The notes under the pieces: generated by a model
What the model was told of the DNA's origin: nothing
The model's input: the letters and a program-made list of their open reading frames with translations, nothing else
The model's database searches: none
Part shown: in pieces, positions 37,775 to 52,100 of the stretch
How positions within the stretch are numbered: position 1 is the first letter of the stretch
How the letters are laid out: every line of letters starts with the position of its first letter
Program-made: the position numbers and the translations under genes
NCBI RefSeq assembly: GCF_964204645.1
Contig: NC_134031.1
Span: 11,534,088-11,598,087 of the forward strand
Length of the DNA: 64,000 nucleotides
Direction of reading: 5' to 3'
Source of the DNA: Tubulanus polymorphus
Lineage: Eukaryota > Animalia > Nemertea

Positions 37775-38197
37775 AACTGTTTGAAAAATGTACCGATTCT
37801 TATTTTTAGACTACTACTGTATCTATAAAAGGAGGAGTCATTGACAAAGTTGATTTGCTTAGCTGGACACACCTCTTGTCAAGTACATCATCTAACTGGG
37901 TGTTTTGTAAGTTTAATTTCAGTATTTATTTACAAAGTGCTGTTCCCTCGTACCTCGATGGTTTCAAACTAGGCCCACCCCATAGGCTATATAGTCCAGG
38001 GTGTATTAGCCACTATTCTTTTATTTCCTGCTTAAATGCACCTTTTTCTATTTTTAGACTCGGGCTAAGAATGTGCAAATTTTATGAGATACTGAGAAAT
38101 CAGATGGCAAATAAAATAAAATGGCTATTCGAATGCTATTTCAGTAATAACTTGATTCAACCAGAGAGTAATAAGTCAATAGCGGATGTACAGTACA
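37775..38197. repeat. Dispersed repeat split by the hAT element (continues at 53164-53262); uninterrupted copy at 39716-40288
   Basis: Direct sequence match on both sides of the hAT junctions. Confidence 0.85.
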
Positions 38198-38955
38198 CAG
38201 GGTTCATAGCCTCCAGGCCAGTCTTCATTTCAGGCTATTCCAGGCCATTTGAAATGCAAATTCCCGGCCATTTTGAGAATAAAAAACACCGCAATTGACA
38301 AAATAAGGAGTTGGTATACAATACACGTTACTTTTTATTAAAGTTTTATCAGAAAAATATAACTACAAACTTAAAAAACCTAACTCTAAAAACTCAATTC
38401 TTGAGAATAAAAATTCTTGTAGAAATAATTTTCAATACTGCAATACATCTATAATTTTGCATACAACTTCAAATCTCTTTTATTTTCATTGCCTGTTTCT
38501 CGATATCCTTCTCGAGATCTTTCAATTCTGCTTCTTTTCTTTGAGCAGATTCTCTCATTCCCACTGACTTTTTGATGAGACTGTGCATATAGACTGCTTT
38601 GTTTGTTTCAATAGATTTCGAAGCATATTCGTCAGCTGAACTCTGCAAACTTATTTTGTCACACTCTAGTAATTTTCTCTTCTTTCTCATTTCATGCAAA
38701 ATCTCCTCCTCATGTGCACGCTTTAGGTCTCTTTCAGAGGATTTTTTCTGCTCAGCTTTTCTACTCAAAACTAATTTATACCTACTGTGAGCAGAACTGA
38801 CATTTTGTAGTAACTGGGGAGTTAAAGAGGACATGCCATCATCCTGACTTCCCATAGTTTCTTTATCAATGTTAGGTATATGTTCAATATTCATGAAAAT
38901 ATAAATTTTACATGTCAAAAATAAGTTTGTCAGTAAAGAAAATGGTTTTAAACTC

Positions 38956-41325
38956 CGGTTCCTGAACTTCGCTGAAAAAGCTGAATCACTGAAACGCTGA
39001 AACGCTGAAATAAAAACGCTGAAATTTCAGGGAATTTCCGAAAAACGCCGAAATTTCAGGGAATTCCCGAAAAACGCTGAAATCGTGCTAGGTACCAACA
39101 ATACACGTTTTGAAATATTTTCCGGGCCGGTGTCCGCTGCCGAGTCCTGAACCGTGTTTTAGTCTCTACCTTCGGTTACAGAGACACGCATGGACAGTAT
39201 GTGTGGAGTATACTTCTAGAGGGCCACTTGTTGGACAAATTAATTCGCTTGAAATCCGGATTTTCAATGCATACAGGCAGCATAATGAGGAAAACCCATT
39301 CACAAACCGTGCAAGCCAACTTAAACACTATGCTCAATATTCCCTGCAAGACGCAAAATATCTTATTTGAACGTTCATGTATAAAACATGGAGCAACTTT
39401 TCTTTTGTCAACACGTTGATGGGCGACGGACTATGTCACTATGGTATTCTCTGAAGGAGGTAAATTAAATTTGACAGCTAGTTATATAAATGATGCAGCT
39501 TTTGGACAAAAGGGATCTAACTAAATTTCTTTTTAATTCACTGTGGAATGGAATGGAATGGATTGACGCCAATGGCATGCAGTAGGCCCCTACGTATGGG
39601 TCATACTGATTAGCGTCAACCAATTAATCTAAATCGGGCTAACCATTCAACAACTGTGAATAATTTATTTGCTGTGGCGTGATAATAATTAGTTTTTTTG
39701 AAGAAATGACATACCAACTGTTAGAAAAATGTACCGATTCTTATTTTTAGACTACTACTGAATCTATAAAAGGAGAGGTCATAGACAAAGTTGATTTGCT
39801 TAGCTGGTGACACTTCTTGTCAAGTACATCATCTCAAGTACTGGGTGTTTTGTAAGTTTAATTTCAGTATTTATTTACTAAGTGCTGTTCTCTCGGACCT
39901 CAGTGCTTTCAAACTAGGCCCACCCCATAGGCTATATAGTCCAGGGTGTATTAGCCACTATTCTTTTATATCCGACTAAAATGCACCTTTTTCTATTTTT
40001 AGATTCAGGCTTAGAATGTGCAAATTTTTTGAGATACTGAGAAATCAGATGGCACCAGTAAACTTCAACTGCGAAATTTGCAGCAGGATAGCTGAACGAC
40101 ACAATTTTTAAAAATAAAATGGCTATTCGAATGCTATTTCAATAATAACTTGATTCAACCAGAGAGAAATAAGTCAATTGCGGATGTACAGTACACCCAC
40201 TTTTCTTCCCTGTTTCCTGGTACCAAATTTTTAGTCTTAAGCTAAGCGATATTCTAAGGTATACTAGTGGATTTCATTAGAATATGAAGCAATGGAACCA
40301 GAATTCTAGTTAAGCGAACTATTGATTCTGATATAATGTAAGAACTGATTTCCTTTGTATACTCTTGCAGAATGTGTTATGTATTATTTCAAGCTGTTAA
40401 ATAATATAGTTAGACAAATGTCCAATTATTGGATCTTTCTTGTTGACTCGTTTAATTTTGTGAGTTAAGAGTTCCAGTCAATCCACAATGTGCAGTGCCT
40501 AGCCTTCATCTACACTAAAGCCATGCCTGTGTATGGGAAAAAATATCGTTCGACTCCTATAGGCCAGACACATCAAAGCATGCAATACATTGCAGATAGT
40601 AGTCTCCGGCAAGTCGAAAGAGAAAGTAAACCAGGTTTTACCCCGTACCCTACCCGGGAACAAAGACACTTAAAGATTCCTTCCTCCTTGTAGAAATTGT
40701 AGAAATATGGCACCCAATTGTAGCAATGCTAAGTACAGTATACTATGACGGTTGAACCTTTATTAACGAATTTCAATGACACCGAAAATAGAATCAAAAT
40801 AATCATTAGTTCCATGCTAGCACTTAATTTGGGTTATCAGGTTCAGCCTAACTGTACTTTCATTCAGCTACTACTTGTATGAGACTTGGCAATGATAAGT
40901 TGCAAGAAATCACCAAACATAAGAAAAAATATTGTGAATTAATATTACTGTGATTAAGAATTTATTCAAATGAAGTGATAACTTCATTGTTAGATCGTAC
41001 CGGTATATGCACATAAAACTATGGCAAAAAACACATCTAACAATCCACGCAATCCGCAATCGATCAAGTCGATCATGACGACGACCTTAGGGCATGTCTC
41101 TGTAACCGAAGGTAGAGCATAAAACACGGTTCAGGACTCGTCAGCGGACACCGGCCCGGAAAACATTTCAAAACGTGTATTGTCGGTACCTAGCACGATT
41201 TCAGCGTTTTTCGGGAATTCCCTGAAATTTCGGCGTTTTTCGGAAATTCCCTGAAATTACAGCGTTTTTATTTCAGCGTTTCAGCTTTTCAGTGTTTCAG
41301 CTTTTTCAGCGAAGTTCAGGAACCG
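38956..41325. mobile_element. Non-autonomous MULE/Mutator-like element
   Basis: About 230-bp TIRs (38956-39186 / 41095-41325) with internal GCTGAAA repeats; perfect 9-bp TSD TTTAAACTC. Confidence 0.85.
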
Positions 41326-41503
41326 TTTAAACTCGTCTTCAAGCCTCCGATTTTCTGCTAAAAATAGCTGTGTTAGTTCCTAACTTCTACCGGAAGATGG
41401 CGTGGATTATGACGTGTTGGTGCTAAACAACATAGAGTGCCATTCATTGTATCTTAGTCATTGTCGTTGTTCTTAACAAAAGCTTCTTAACAAAAGACCT
41501 CAA

Positions 41504-42778
41504 ATGTCGGACGATGGGTTCAGTGATTTGGAATTCACTGATAATAATATTCAACCATACATGTTTGAACCAGTCAAAAGACATAATTCTGACGACAAAG
41601 CCGACCGTGAATCAAGTTCATCTGATGACAATAGTAGTAGTGACGACGACGACGGCGGCGTAGAAGAATTTGAACAAAGGGCAGACAATACGAATTGGTA
41701 AGTAGTTCGAATGAACAAAATCAACACAACTCAATAGCAAATATAGTAAGATGAATAATATTAATACTTCGACGACCATTTCTGGGTTCATTGGTTTATG
41801 TTTATTATTATTAGTTTCTAATTAGTTTCTAAGTTTCTAATTCGCTAAATCTGTGAGGCCTACCTACACAACACCGAAAAGAAGGGCACCGGTTCAGTAG
41901 TTTTAATTCGTGGTGAAATTAGATATCATGAAATGTAAATTGACAAGATAAGGAAAATACAATTTTCCATTAAGAATTGTTACTGCACCGCTTTTGTTGG
42001 TAAATTTCGCGTAACTAATATTCAATTCAATGCAAATTAAATTTATTAAGTACCGGTAAAAAGCCACTAGTTTTTGCCAGACAAACCTCTCATAATGTTC
42101 CAGCCAGTCTAAAGAAATTACTTTCAATTTTTTTTAAATTTTAGGTGCTCATGTAGAAACAGCACTGGCATGTATGTTTGCTCCCCAATGCAAACTCCCC
42201 GCGAATGTGTATGTTGCAAAGAGTTCCACAAACTCTCAGAAATAATGGCAACTGCAGACAAAACTTGCATTACCGAAGTACACGGATTTATAGTTAACTG
42301 CCTGGATCCCGATGTGCTCAAAGTGTCTTTTTATGATTATGCATTTGACTCAGGTCCAGTTGGTGATGAAGAACCTGTGCACGAGTAAGTCCAAATGAAA
42401 AGCGAATGAAGAAATAGGAATAAACTTAAATTTTGTATTTAAAATCAGGATATAAACTTCTTTATTTCAATCATGAATACAACTTGCAGTATTATTAATG
42501 AATTCTCTGTACAAAAAAAAAATCAACATACCCAACCCCGAATGGCAGGCACTTGCGAGATCGCAGAAAATACAAGGCTTATGTGTGTAATGTATATCCA
42601 TTCTATTTTCAGACTTTTCCGTTATATTGCATACAGACGTTTTGTAAGATGGGTTTGGGGCAGATTCGGCAAAAAAAAACGCAAAATTCTACCATCATGC
42701 GTCGTTTCAATGATCCGATTAACCTGGCCAGCTGTAGATCAGTTATATTGTGGATTCAAATACCCAGAGATACCATAA
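41504..42778 (+). CDS. KolX accessory protein (P2X7 C-terminal-like Cys-rich domain), 3 exons
   Basis: IQPYMFEP...NW|CSC...RECVCCKE...CIT...|LFRYIAYRRFVRWVWG...KILPSCVV...YCGFK; GT-AG introns. Confidence 0.85.
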
Positions 42779-45700
42779 GATTTTTACGAGGATAATCCCA
42801 TACAATGTTTTGATAATTTCATAATCAGTATTAAAAATAAGTCAAGATTTTCAGTATTAAAATAAATCAAGAATGGGAAAAGTATTTGATGAAGTAATTT
42901 TTCAATTAAAGTAATTGCATTTGTTTTTTCAAAGCATTGGTTTTAGTTCAGTTCATTCCTTTGGGCATGGACGCTTTGGTGTATAAGGCGATTCAACTAT
43001 TGTAGCATTCCGTTTTTTTCCATTTTCACTAGGTGATTTCACTGGCGATTGCAATCTACTGATGTGAGTCAGAATTACTTCTTCTTTTGTGATATCAGAC
43101 CGGTCGTATTGATCTGCTAAATGTTCCATCTTTGGGGTAATCTTCGTCCACACATCAGATGCCTCTGAAATTGTGTATTGTTTTCGCACATGCCAAACCT
43201 CACTGTAGCACTGAGAGACATAGTCTGAAATGAGAAATCTTAGAATTGAATTTTGGTATACCGTAATATGTACGTACCTAACGGCTACCCTGAGATTCCA
43301 CTTTGTTAACAGATTATTTCAGAAAAACAATGCTTTTTACACATTTGAAGATATTTTGGAACCGAAGAATTGATTGAACTTACTAAATGTCATAGGAACT
43401 TTAACTTGTTTAGCCACTGGTGCACCATCTTTAAGTTTCGAGAAATAAAGCTGAAACTGCTCACTTCCATTTGTGGTGACTGCCTGTTCACGATTGCTAT
43501 TTTCATTGAAGTGTAAAGCTGATAGTTGAAGCCTACAAATGAAAAGGAACAGTTAAAAAACCTGTAATTCAATCATAGACCTGTCTCCCACCAAAAATAA
43601 GAATATCATCAGTGATTAGAATTACTAGAATTCAAATATTTTTGAAATATATGTATTTATCATCAATTACCTTGCATTCATTGAATCAAAGAAATAATGT
43701 TGATCCTTTGGCGCAAAGTGTACAACCAGGCGATGATACGACTCGATACTGGAAGTTTGCGCAGCTGGTGATATCTTCCCGATATCTATAAGAAGACCTT
43801 TCGCCAGGACTATACTTTTTAATACTTTATGGGCAGCAGAACCTGAAATAAAATATGACATGTATGAGGGAGGATTTAAAAAAAAAGAAAATAATTTGAA
43901 ATATCACTATCTCAACCTGTATTTTGATCTCATCTTTCTTAATCCAGTTTCTTGACTCTAAATCTCCATGCGCGCTAGTTTCGAACTTCGCACTGTCATG
44001 TTCGTGTATGTCAGTAACTAGATTAATTATTGACTTCCATTTGTCAACAACCAACTCTGCATCACCTCCACTGCTTCCACCGACCCAATACATGTGGTTA
44101 CTCAATGCTTTCGACCAATCCTTCAGGATAGAAAACTTTTTGGTTTTAGCCTTTTTTCCACTTTCTTGAAAACTCCTGAAAAAAATATGAAATTTTGATC
44201 TTCGACATATGTCACCTAAAACCGGAACCTAATTCATAAAAGCTGACGACAAAACAACAGAATATTACCTTTTGCCAAGTGCCAGCCATCAAACCACTGT
44301 TGTATAGTGGGGTGGTTTTGCCTTAAATACTTCTTTAACTGTTGATGTCTGTCTGTTGTTATTTGATCAACATTGAGTTTACTCGAGTTTACTAAAAAGT
44401 CTAAGGATCGTTTGAAACCTACCAACTCCATTACGTTCGAACTAGTAACTTCGTTGCTCTGAAAAAATGCACTGATTTTCTTTACAACACGCATATGAAA
44501 GCGCTGATTCAACACATCTAGTGAAGTCACATGGAATATTACCAATGATCTATGAATTACCTGTACTAGCAGGAAGTCAAGAATCTTTGAGTCAACCATA
44601 TCCATTAACGAATAAGAACCATATTTGGCTGTGTGTCCTCTCGAGTCACACCTTCCATCTCCACCTAGAATCAATTTCTTCTCGACAGTTTTTCTCTCCT
44701 CTATCAATTGTTTTTGACACGATTTACAAACGTTATCAACTGCCATACAGAGTTAACTCGACTGCAACTTGAAATAATGGCGAACACCAAACATAGATAG
44801 TCCTAGGTTCTTGCAGAAATTAACGAATTTGGTAGGGCTCAATGCCCCAAAAAATACACCGGCTGCAATCAACAAGTTTCCAATGGGCATTTTCTGATGT
44901 CTTGGCTGGGAGGACCAGACCCGAAAATGAGCTTGTTCACCCAAACAAATAGTTTCGTACGTCACCGAAGATCCTGTCGTATAACGTTTCGTTATCTTGC
45001 ATGGTGAAAGGCACTCGTGGCATACCGACAGTAACGAAACAATAGCAGATTCAAAACAAATGAATTTTTTTTCATTTTGCGGATCGTCAAATTAGCACCG
45101 TGCTGACATCAGGGAATTCACCAGCATCGACGTCTTCACAGCTGCAAGAAATAAGAATAAACTTCAAACCATAAGATTAACTACGTAGGGTTTCACGCTA
45201 AAGAAAACTGAAAAATATACTTGATCTCTCCAGGGTTTCCATGTGACAATATGTTATTCATTGATAATCAAAACACAGAAATGCTTATAAAAAATGCCAT
45301 TTTTAATTTTGCAATAAAATAATATTTTTAGACTAACTCTGAATCTTAATCATTGGGATCCCACGTAGGGTCGTAATATTCATCATCAGGTTCATCATCA
45401 CTTTCAATTTCACTGTCATGGAAATCATCATTTGCCGTTTCAGATTCCAGGAGTTCACATTGAACACTCTTATCCGATTGAAAATTTATTCGATCCGTCT
45501 GACTACGTTTTGATGATGATGTAGGCTTGATGTTGCACTGTATTAACCGATTATGATGTTCCTGAAAATTGATTTATACAAACACTTAGTTAAAAAAACA
45601 TTCATGCTAAAAATAGGGTGGTGGGGCAATTAAAATTAGATGGGCTAAGTATAGGAATACACAATCACTTACAACCATGCCAGTATTTGTCCCGATACTT

Positions 45701-46561
45701 CTAAATGGTAGAGCAAAGTCATCAATGTTATCCAATGAAGGGGTTGGTACTGAAGGTTCTTCGATGAGACTACTATCTACAACAGGCACAACTTTTTCTT
45801 TTCTTGGACTTGAGATTAGATCTTTCACTATCTAAAAACAGACATAAAACGAGTTAAAAATTGAAATAGCACTGTCACTGAAAGAAAATAGGATTCAATT
45901 TGGCATTGCATTGCTTTGGGCAGTGCAAACCGAGAATTACGTAAATTTAATTGTTTATCAACCTACCTTTACATGATCTCTCTTCTCCATGGCTTTGCTT
46001 GGTCTACCACTGGACGTACTAGCTATTGGTGTCTGTGGTGAATGTGATGAAGTACCATTATGATGTTTGTCAAAATTAAAAATCGTAGGGACGGCATCAC
46101 CATTCAAACAAAAACGTTCGGGTTTGTAACCAATTGACAAAGTGATGGACGGTGGAATCTTAAAAGCGTTATCCGAAAAATGGTCACTACGCAACCGGGA
46201 ATGAACAGTCGGAGTGAAGTTCTTCAGCTTCAATGCGGCAGTCCATTTCAAAAGTAGGGATTTCAGGTCACGTGATCAAAATGTGTCATAATTAGCGTTT
46301 TCCACGCTTCAAATTTTCAATCGCTTATAAAAAAACGTATTCTATATCCGATTGAAGCCAAAACTTGCTCATTATAGTCAATTTACCGGTTATTTGTTGT
46401 GTAAATTTCATAAGTGTATCTTGCATAGTTACGGAGCAATAAGTTGTAGTTCAGCGCGCGTCGGCTCATTTCTAGGAAACAAGATGGCGGCCATGTTTGT
46501 TCATGCATTTTTCAAACACGTGAAAAACGCATATAATTCAATGTAATTATATTTTCTATTA

Positions 46562-46875
46562 GGCCAAATAAAAAAAATTAGTTGTTTATCGTCCTTTTTT
46601 CAAAAAGCTTGGGTCGGCCGGGAGGTTTTTTTTTAAATTTTTTATTTTAGATCGAGTGTTGTAAATATACGATCGATAAAATAAAGCATGTTTTCCATCG
46701 ACTGGAAGTGTGGCGCCACAAGCAATACAAATACAATTCAATGAAACGGTAGCTATGGCAAATATTTTCGATTGGAACCAAAATAGAACACAATAAAAAA
46801 AAAAGAAGATTGGGTCGGGTATTTTTCGTAGGGTCGGGCGGGGACGATAAACAACTAATTTTTTTTTATTTGGCC
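46562..46875. mobile_element. MITE, Zator-type (314 bp)
   Basis: TIR GGCCAAATAAAAAAAATTAGTTGTTTATCGTCC; TTA TSD on both sides. Confidence 0.9.
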
Positions 46876-48117
46876 TTAATTCAGTGTATCTAATTTTACA
46901 GCAATCATAGAATTCTAACAACTGTTTTATACTATAAATTGAAAAAGAAAATAAACCTGTAAGCATAATAATTGATTTAATATTCTGTTGATTTTTATAT
47001 ATAAGATGTAATAAGTTTAATATATTTTCACTCATTTTTATAGTCAAAATATATGAAATTAAAAGATGCTGTTTTAATCCTCTAAATCATTTCTGAATTA
47101 ACTTTTTTATTCTTTTTATTTCTGTGATTGTTTCCATTAAACTTCATTAATTTTTTACTCAATTTATTATTTTCATTCATCAAATCTTTTGAAATATTCT
47201 CATAGTAAAAATATAATGCCGGCAATATTAATCCTCCTGCTACAAGATAAAGCTTCAAATCACTTTTCCCAGTTGGAATGAAACCATCCATTTATTTTAG
47301 AAAAAAATTATTAAATTGATAAATATTTAATATTTTAGAAATATTTAACTTTTATATGTTTCAAATCAAATAACAATTAAACTTACTACCTAACAGTTAT
47401 TCATTAAACTAATTTCTCGATGCTTTAACTACTTTGAAACATACAGTTTACTCTTATTTCAATATATATTTATTATTCTTTTCATAATCGATATGTTTAA
47501 CTGTTCGATAATGCTTTGATTTATGTGATCTTAAATATTTGCCGCCGCAATAACAATACACTTTTTCAATAGGATTGAATTTTCTAAATTCATCATCTAA
47601 ATTACATTGAACTGCAATATCTTTAAATGATTTTTCATTATCTAATTCACATTGAATACCAATATTTGATCAATTTTCATTATAGATAATTTGTTTATTA
47701 TCAAAATTGAAATAATATAATTGTCTTTTTTCAATTCTTAAGTTAATCAAATCATTGTAATCTTTAGAAAGTATCAAATCACTATCTCTTTTATTAAAAG
47801 GAGTTTTAAGAATATTTATTATGTTTTCATCTAAAGTTCCTTTAAAATTTAAAACTGTATTGAACAATTTAGGATTTTTAACGCCATTATCAAAAGTATG
47901 TACTAGTTCAGTAATTAAATAAGTTTCATTTGATTATATTTGATTAATCATAGTAATTTTATCGATTTTATAATGTCTGGCGGACACTAAATTTTTTGCT
48001 GAAATAAAATTTCTAATGTTAAACTGAGAAAATGATTTATTGGTTTCATTGATTTCGATTTTAAAGTTGGGTTCTCCTTTCTTCATTTTTATAACAAAAT
48101 TTTTATTAAAACTCATT

Positions 48118-48640
48118 CAAATATAAATATTCAATGATTCAAATATGAGTTATTTCAATCACACTTTACTGACACTTTTAATGTTTAAAAATCAAGAATT
48201 TAACACATATAAATATAAATATTCAATGATTCCAATATGAATTATTTCAATCACACTTTACTCACACTTCTAATGTTTAAAAATCAAGGATCTAACACAT
48301 ATAAATATAAATATTAACTGTTTTAAATATGAATTATTTCACTCACACTTTACTCACACTTTTAATGTTTAAAAATCAAGAATTTAACACATATAAATAT
48401 AAATATTAACTGTTTTAAATATGAATTATTTCACTCACACTTTACGCACACTTTTAATGTTTAAAAATCAAGAATTTAACACATATAAATATAAATATTC
48501 ACTGTTTTAATATGAATTATTTCAATCACACTTTACTAAAACTTTTAATGTTTAAAAATCTAACTCATACAAATATAAATATTGAAATAATGTTTAAAAT
48601 ATATCTATTCTATAAGAGCTCACACTTTACTCACACTTTT
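48118..48640. repeat. Tandem repeat, 92-bp unit, about 5.5 copies
   Basis: AACACATATAAATATAAATATT at 48202, 48294, 48386 and 48478. Confidence 0.95.
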
Positions 48641-48708
48641 ATATTGAATAATCTATTAATTTATATGTTATTCATATATATTTTATTCATGTATATAAAT
48701 ATTTTAAG

Positions 48709-49116
48709 AGTAATAGGGGTTTAGTTGTTCTAGGTTAAAGGTTGAATGGTCGAGCTCATTAAAAACAAATATTAAAAGTAATTTAAAACTATAATATATT
48801 TTCATAGCCGTGTGTATTTTAGTTAAATAATAGAATAATTATTATTATTTGAATATATTTGATTATATGAATTTGTGTATTGTAAATAAATCAATTGGTC
48901 GCGGAGCGGAGCGGTAGCGAAGCGGAGCGACCAATTGATTTATTACAATATGCTATTAAAATTTAAATTATTAATATCTTAGAATAAATATTTAGTTATA
49001 ATATAAAATACGCACGGCTATGAAAATATATTATAGTTTTCAATTACTTTTAATATTTGTTTTTAATGAACTCGACCGTTCGACCTTTGGCCTAAAACAA
49101 CTAAACCCCTATTACT
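48709..49116. repeat. 408-bp imperfect palindrome bounded by AGTAATAGG/CCTATTACT
   Basis: Outer arms 48709-48820 / 49005-49116, inner arms 48877-48902 / 48927-48951, central GCGGAGC repeats. Confidence 0.9.
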
Positions 49117-52100
49117 AACATGACATACTTTTTTAAAATTGACTTTCCGATGAAATATCGACGCAAAACAAGATGGCCGCCATTCCTCGAGCCTCAATTT
49201 GAGATATCACGATATAGATATTTCATGGGTAAATCTCTTAGGGCCTAGGGATCTCAAAGAAAAACAAAGGCTTTTCCATTCATTTCAATTTGATTTAATT
49301 TCGGAAAACCATGTAGTAGGCGTAGATCTCTTCAACGCTTTATCCTATTCTTCTGCGGCAAGTGAGTATCTGAAATATAACGATATTATTAGTATCTTTT
49401 ATTTCAGAAGGCTTTAAAACATTGAACTTATCCATTAAGATTAGTTATTTCAAATAATAAAGGTCTATAAGGCCATATCGAATCAACTAAATACATTAAA
49501 GATGTAGTTAATTAGATTCAAGATGGCCGCCTTGATACTTACCTTGTGGTTACCGTGGTAATCGGTATCACCCTGATGCACGATATCTCCGGTATATTAT
49601 CTCAAAATTGATATTCCATGTCTAACGTATCATTTATCTTGAGAAATAAACGATAGTATTGTGTGTTAATGGTTATAGTAGTGGGTATTAATTAGATAAT
49701 TAGTATGCAAATTAGCCTAATTTACATATTTGTGCAATTACTTACGTGAATCTAAACAAACTTTGTATAGACAACATACTGACCAAGTTTGGTTTTGAAC
49801 GGATAAAAATTCTCGGAGTTATATTGGTTTTAATGTTGAATTTAATTCCTTTATCTGGCTAAAAAGCATCAAAACCTAGACACTTCCTGTCTGATAGCTT
49901 CATTGGAAATGAACTAAAGTGTATTGCGCAATCGAATGACAAAAATACCACAAATTTCCTTTTCCTTCAAAGGAAATCGATGAAAACTTACTCGATCCAG
50001 CCCTGATTCTGAACTGTTTGTGCAGTTGAATGCCACACGGTACACCATACTAATACAAATATTGAGAAGACAGCTTTCTGTAGTAGAAGCAGATAAGAAT
50101 TTTGGTGAACTAATCAACAAACGACACAAAACTCGCGATGAAAAGACCGCTGCCGAATGGAAGCAAGTCGTACTAATCAAACTCAAATTCAAATTTTTTT
50201 ATTATTTCTTGTAGTAACAATCAAGATTATTAGGTTATATTAAAATAAATTATTTCTAAAACAGGCCATAGAAAAAATTATAAAGAAGAAAAATATTACC
50301 AAAAATAAAGTAAAATATGTTTTGACAATTAAAATGTAATTGAATTGAATTGATGGTGTATGTTCAGCACCTATCACGTCACAGATTCTGCGCTGCCATC
50401 TGTCGGAGAAAGCTAGCATTGAAAATAATGATAGCAACATAAAATAGCCTACAAATTACATAAAACTGTAAAAAAAAATTCAAATATTGCCCAGTTACTG
50501 TTCATTGATAGAGTTCTTTCAATCAATGCGGTTTAAATAAACGGGTCATGGATGATGGCATGTGCTCTTTAAAGGATATTTCAGAATATCACCATCAGCT
50601 TCAGCTAAAATGGAATCATTTATTGCTCTCAGTGCAATGAAAGAACTTTCGTCTGAATTCCAAACTTCAATTTGCCTATTAACTGAGAAACCGCGTTCAA
50701 CGCTTGCCTGACCGTGTGACAACATGAGTAATTTCTGAAATATTGGCCATAGTTTTGAATACTTGGCTTGACAAAAACTGCACTGCAAAAGAGATGATCT
50801 AATCGATCTTTGTGTTTGTCAAAGCTTCTGAAATCTGAGCTCGTTTTAATTTCTTCTACAAACCCATCAACCTGGTCCCGAATTTCATCACAGTATTTTT
50901 CTTGCACTTTTTTTGAGTGCCACATCGCAGATAAAACCCTACGGAAAGCGGACCTTGAATAATCACATTCATTCAGCATTACACTAGGCTTCATACATTT
51001 CAAATTCCTCACAAGAGTATAATTAACAGGGGATTTATGTAGTATCTTGCTGACAACAGCAATGAGAAATTTCTTTGTACACATTCTATAATCCATAACT
51101 TGTCTTTCACTTACTTTTTTCTGAACTAATAATTCATTCAGTTTCATGTCAGCCGAAAAACCAACATCAATTTTAGCATGGGCAAGATGATTTTCCATTT
51201 TATCATATTCAACCTTTATCAGAAAAATAAGCGATAAATCAGACGACAAGATTTCACTTTTTACAAACCGTTTCACAAGTGACTTAAGCAGGCATTTAAG
51301 ATCATCGGCCATAAATGGTAACAATGGTTTATCTGATTGATAAAATGTTAAGAATGGTGAAAGAAGTTTAGCAATGGAAATGAAAGTATACAGTCTTGGT
51401 ACAACAAGTACATCACAAGCAAAGTCTCGAACAACCACGTATGATTTACAGGATGGAATCTTTGCTCGTGGTCCTTTCTCTACATTCTCTACATATTTGA
51501 CACAGTTTTCCCAAACTTCCAGAGCTCTCTCAGCGCAAAGGATATTTCCAATCCACCTAAAATTTAGAAAAATCTGATCAGATTATGATGATGGTTATAC
51601 ATGTACTGTGTTCTCTTTCAGCAACAACAAGCAGTTTACCTATGAGCACAAAATTTCTTCGGGAACACATCTGATTCAGTTATTTCTACATAGTCTTCTC
51701 GCCTGGCAGGAGCTTCATTAAAAACGTAATATAGACGAGGCCTACTTAATAACGATTCAACATCCCAGGATGAGGCAACAACACCATGACGGAATGCATT
51801 ATGTAAAACATGAAGTCCGCAACCTCCAACGTTCAACATGGTAGAATTGTTATTCAGTTCCGACGATATATCCTCCTCCAAGATTTCATAAAAGCGCCAA
51901 TTAACATTAGGGCCATCCATAGATAGATGCACACAATTGGCCACGTTAAAGTCCGTTTCCTCTTTAAACTTGGTGAGCATGTCCACTGCAGTTGCATGGC
52001 CCATAAATGCGGACGTATAGAAACGACTCCGAACTACATCTGCATCCCACATTCTTATGTGAATGTCCAATTGCTTCTTCTGATTAATTTTGTTCAGAGA

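Larger units (their letters stand above)
46880..49116 (-). mobile_element. Terminal fragment of a related Polinton-like element
   Basis: Very AT-rich; small TM gene 47082-47291 with T-tract/TAAATG start; broken ORF 48116-47456 ending in a CYCGGKY...HKSKH..TVKH Zn finger; ends in CCTATTACT like 21595. Confidence 0.6.
42953..50048 (-). pseudogene. Kolobok THAP-DDE transposase, spliced and disrupted
   Basis: THAP halves MVYRVAFNCTN...SFHRFP (50048) and KWTAAL...SDHF...AVPTIF (46251); core GDGRCDSRGHTAKY, TTDRH, FDGWHLAK, NHMYW, QTSSIESYH. Confidence 0.85.
38826..50568 (-). mobile_element. Kolobok DNA transposon
   Basis: TTAA TSD at 38822-38825 and 50569-50572; TIR AGAGGACATGCCATCATCC with 1 mismatch; convergent transposase and KolX genes. 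Confidence 0.9.
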
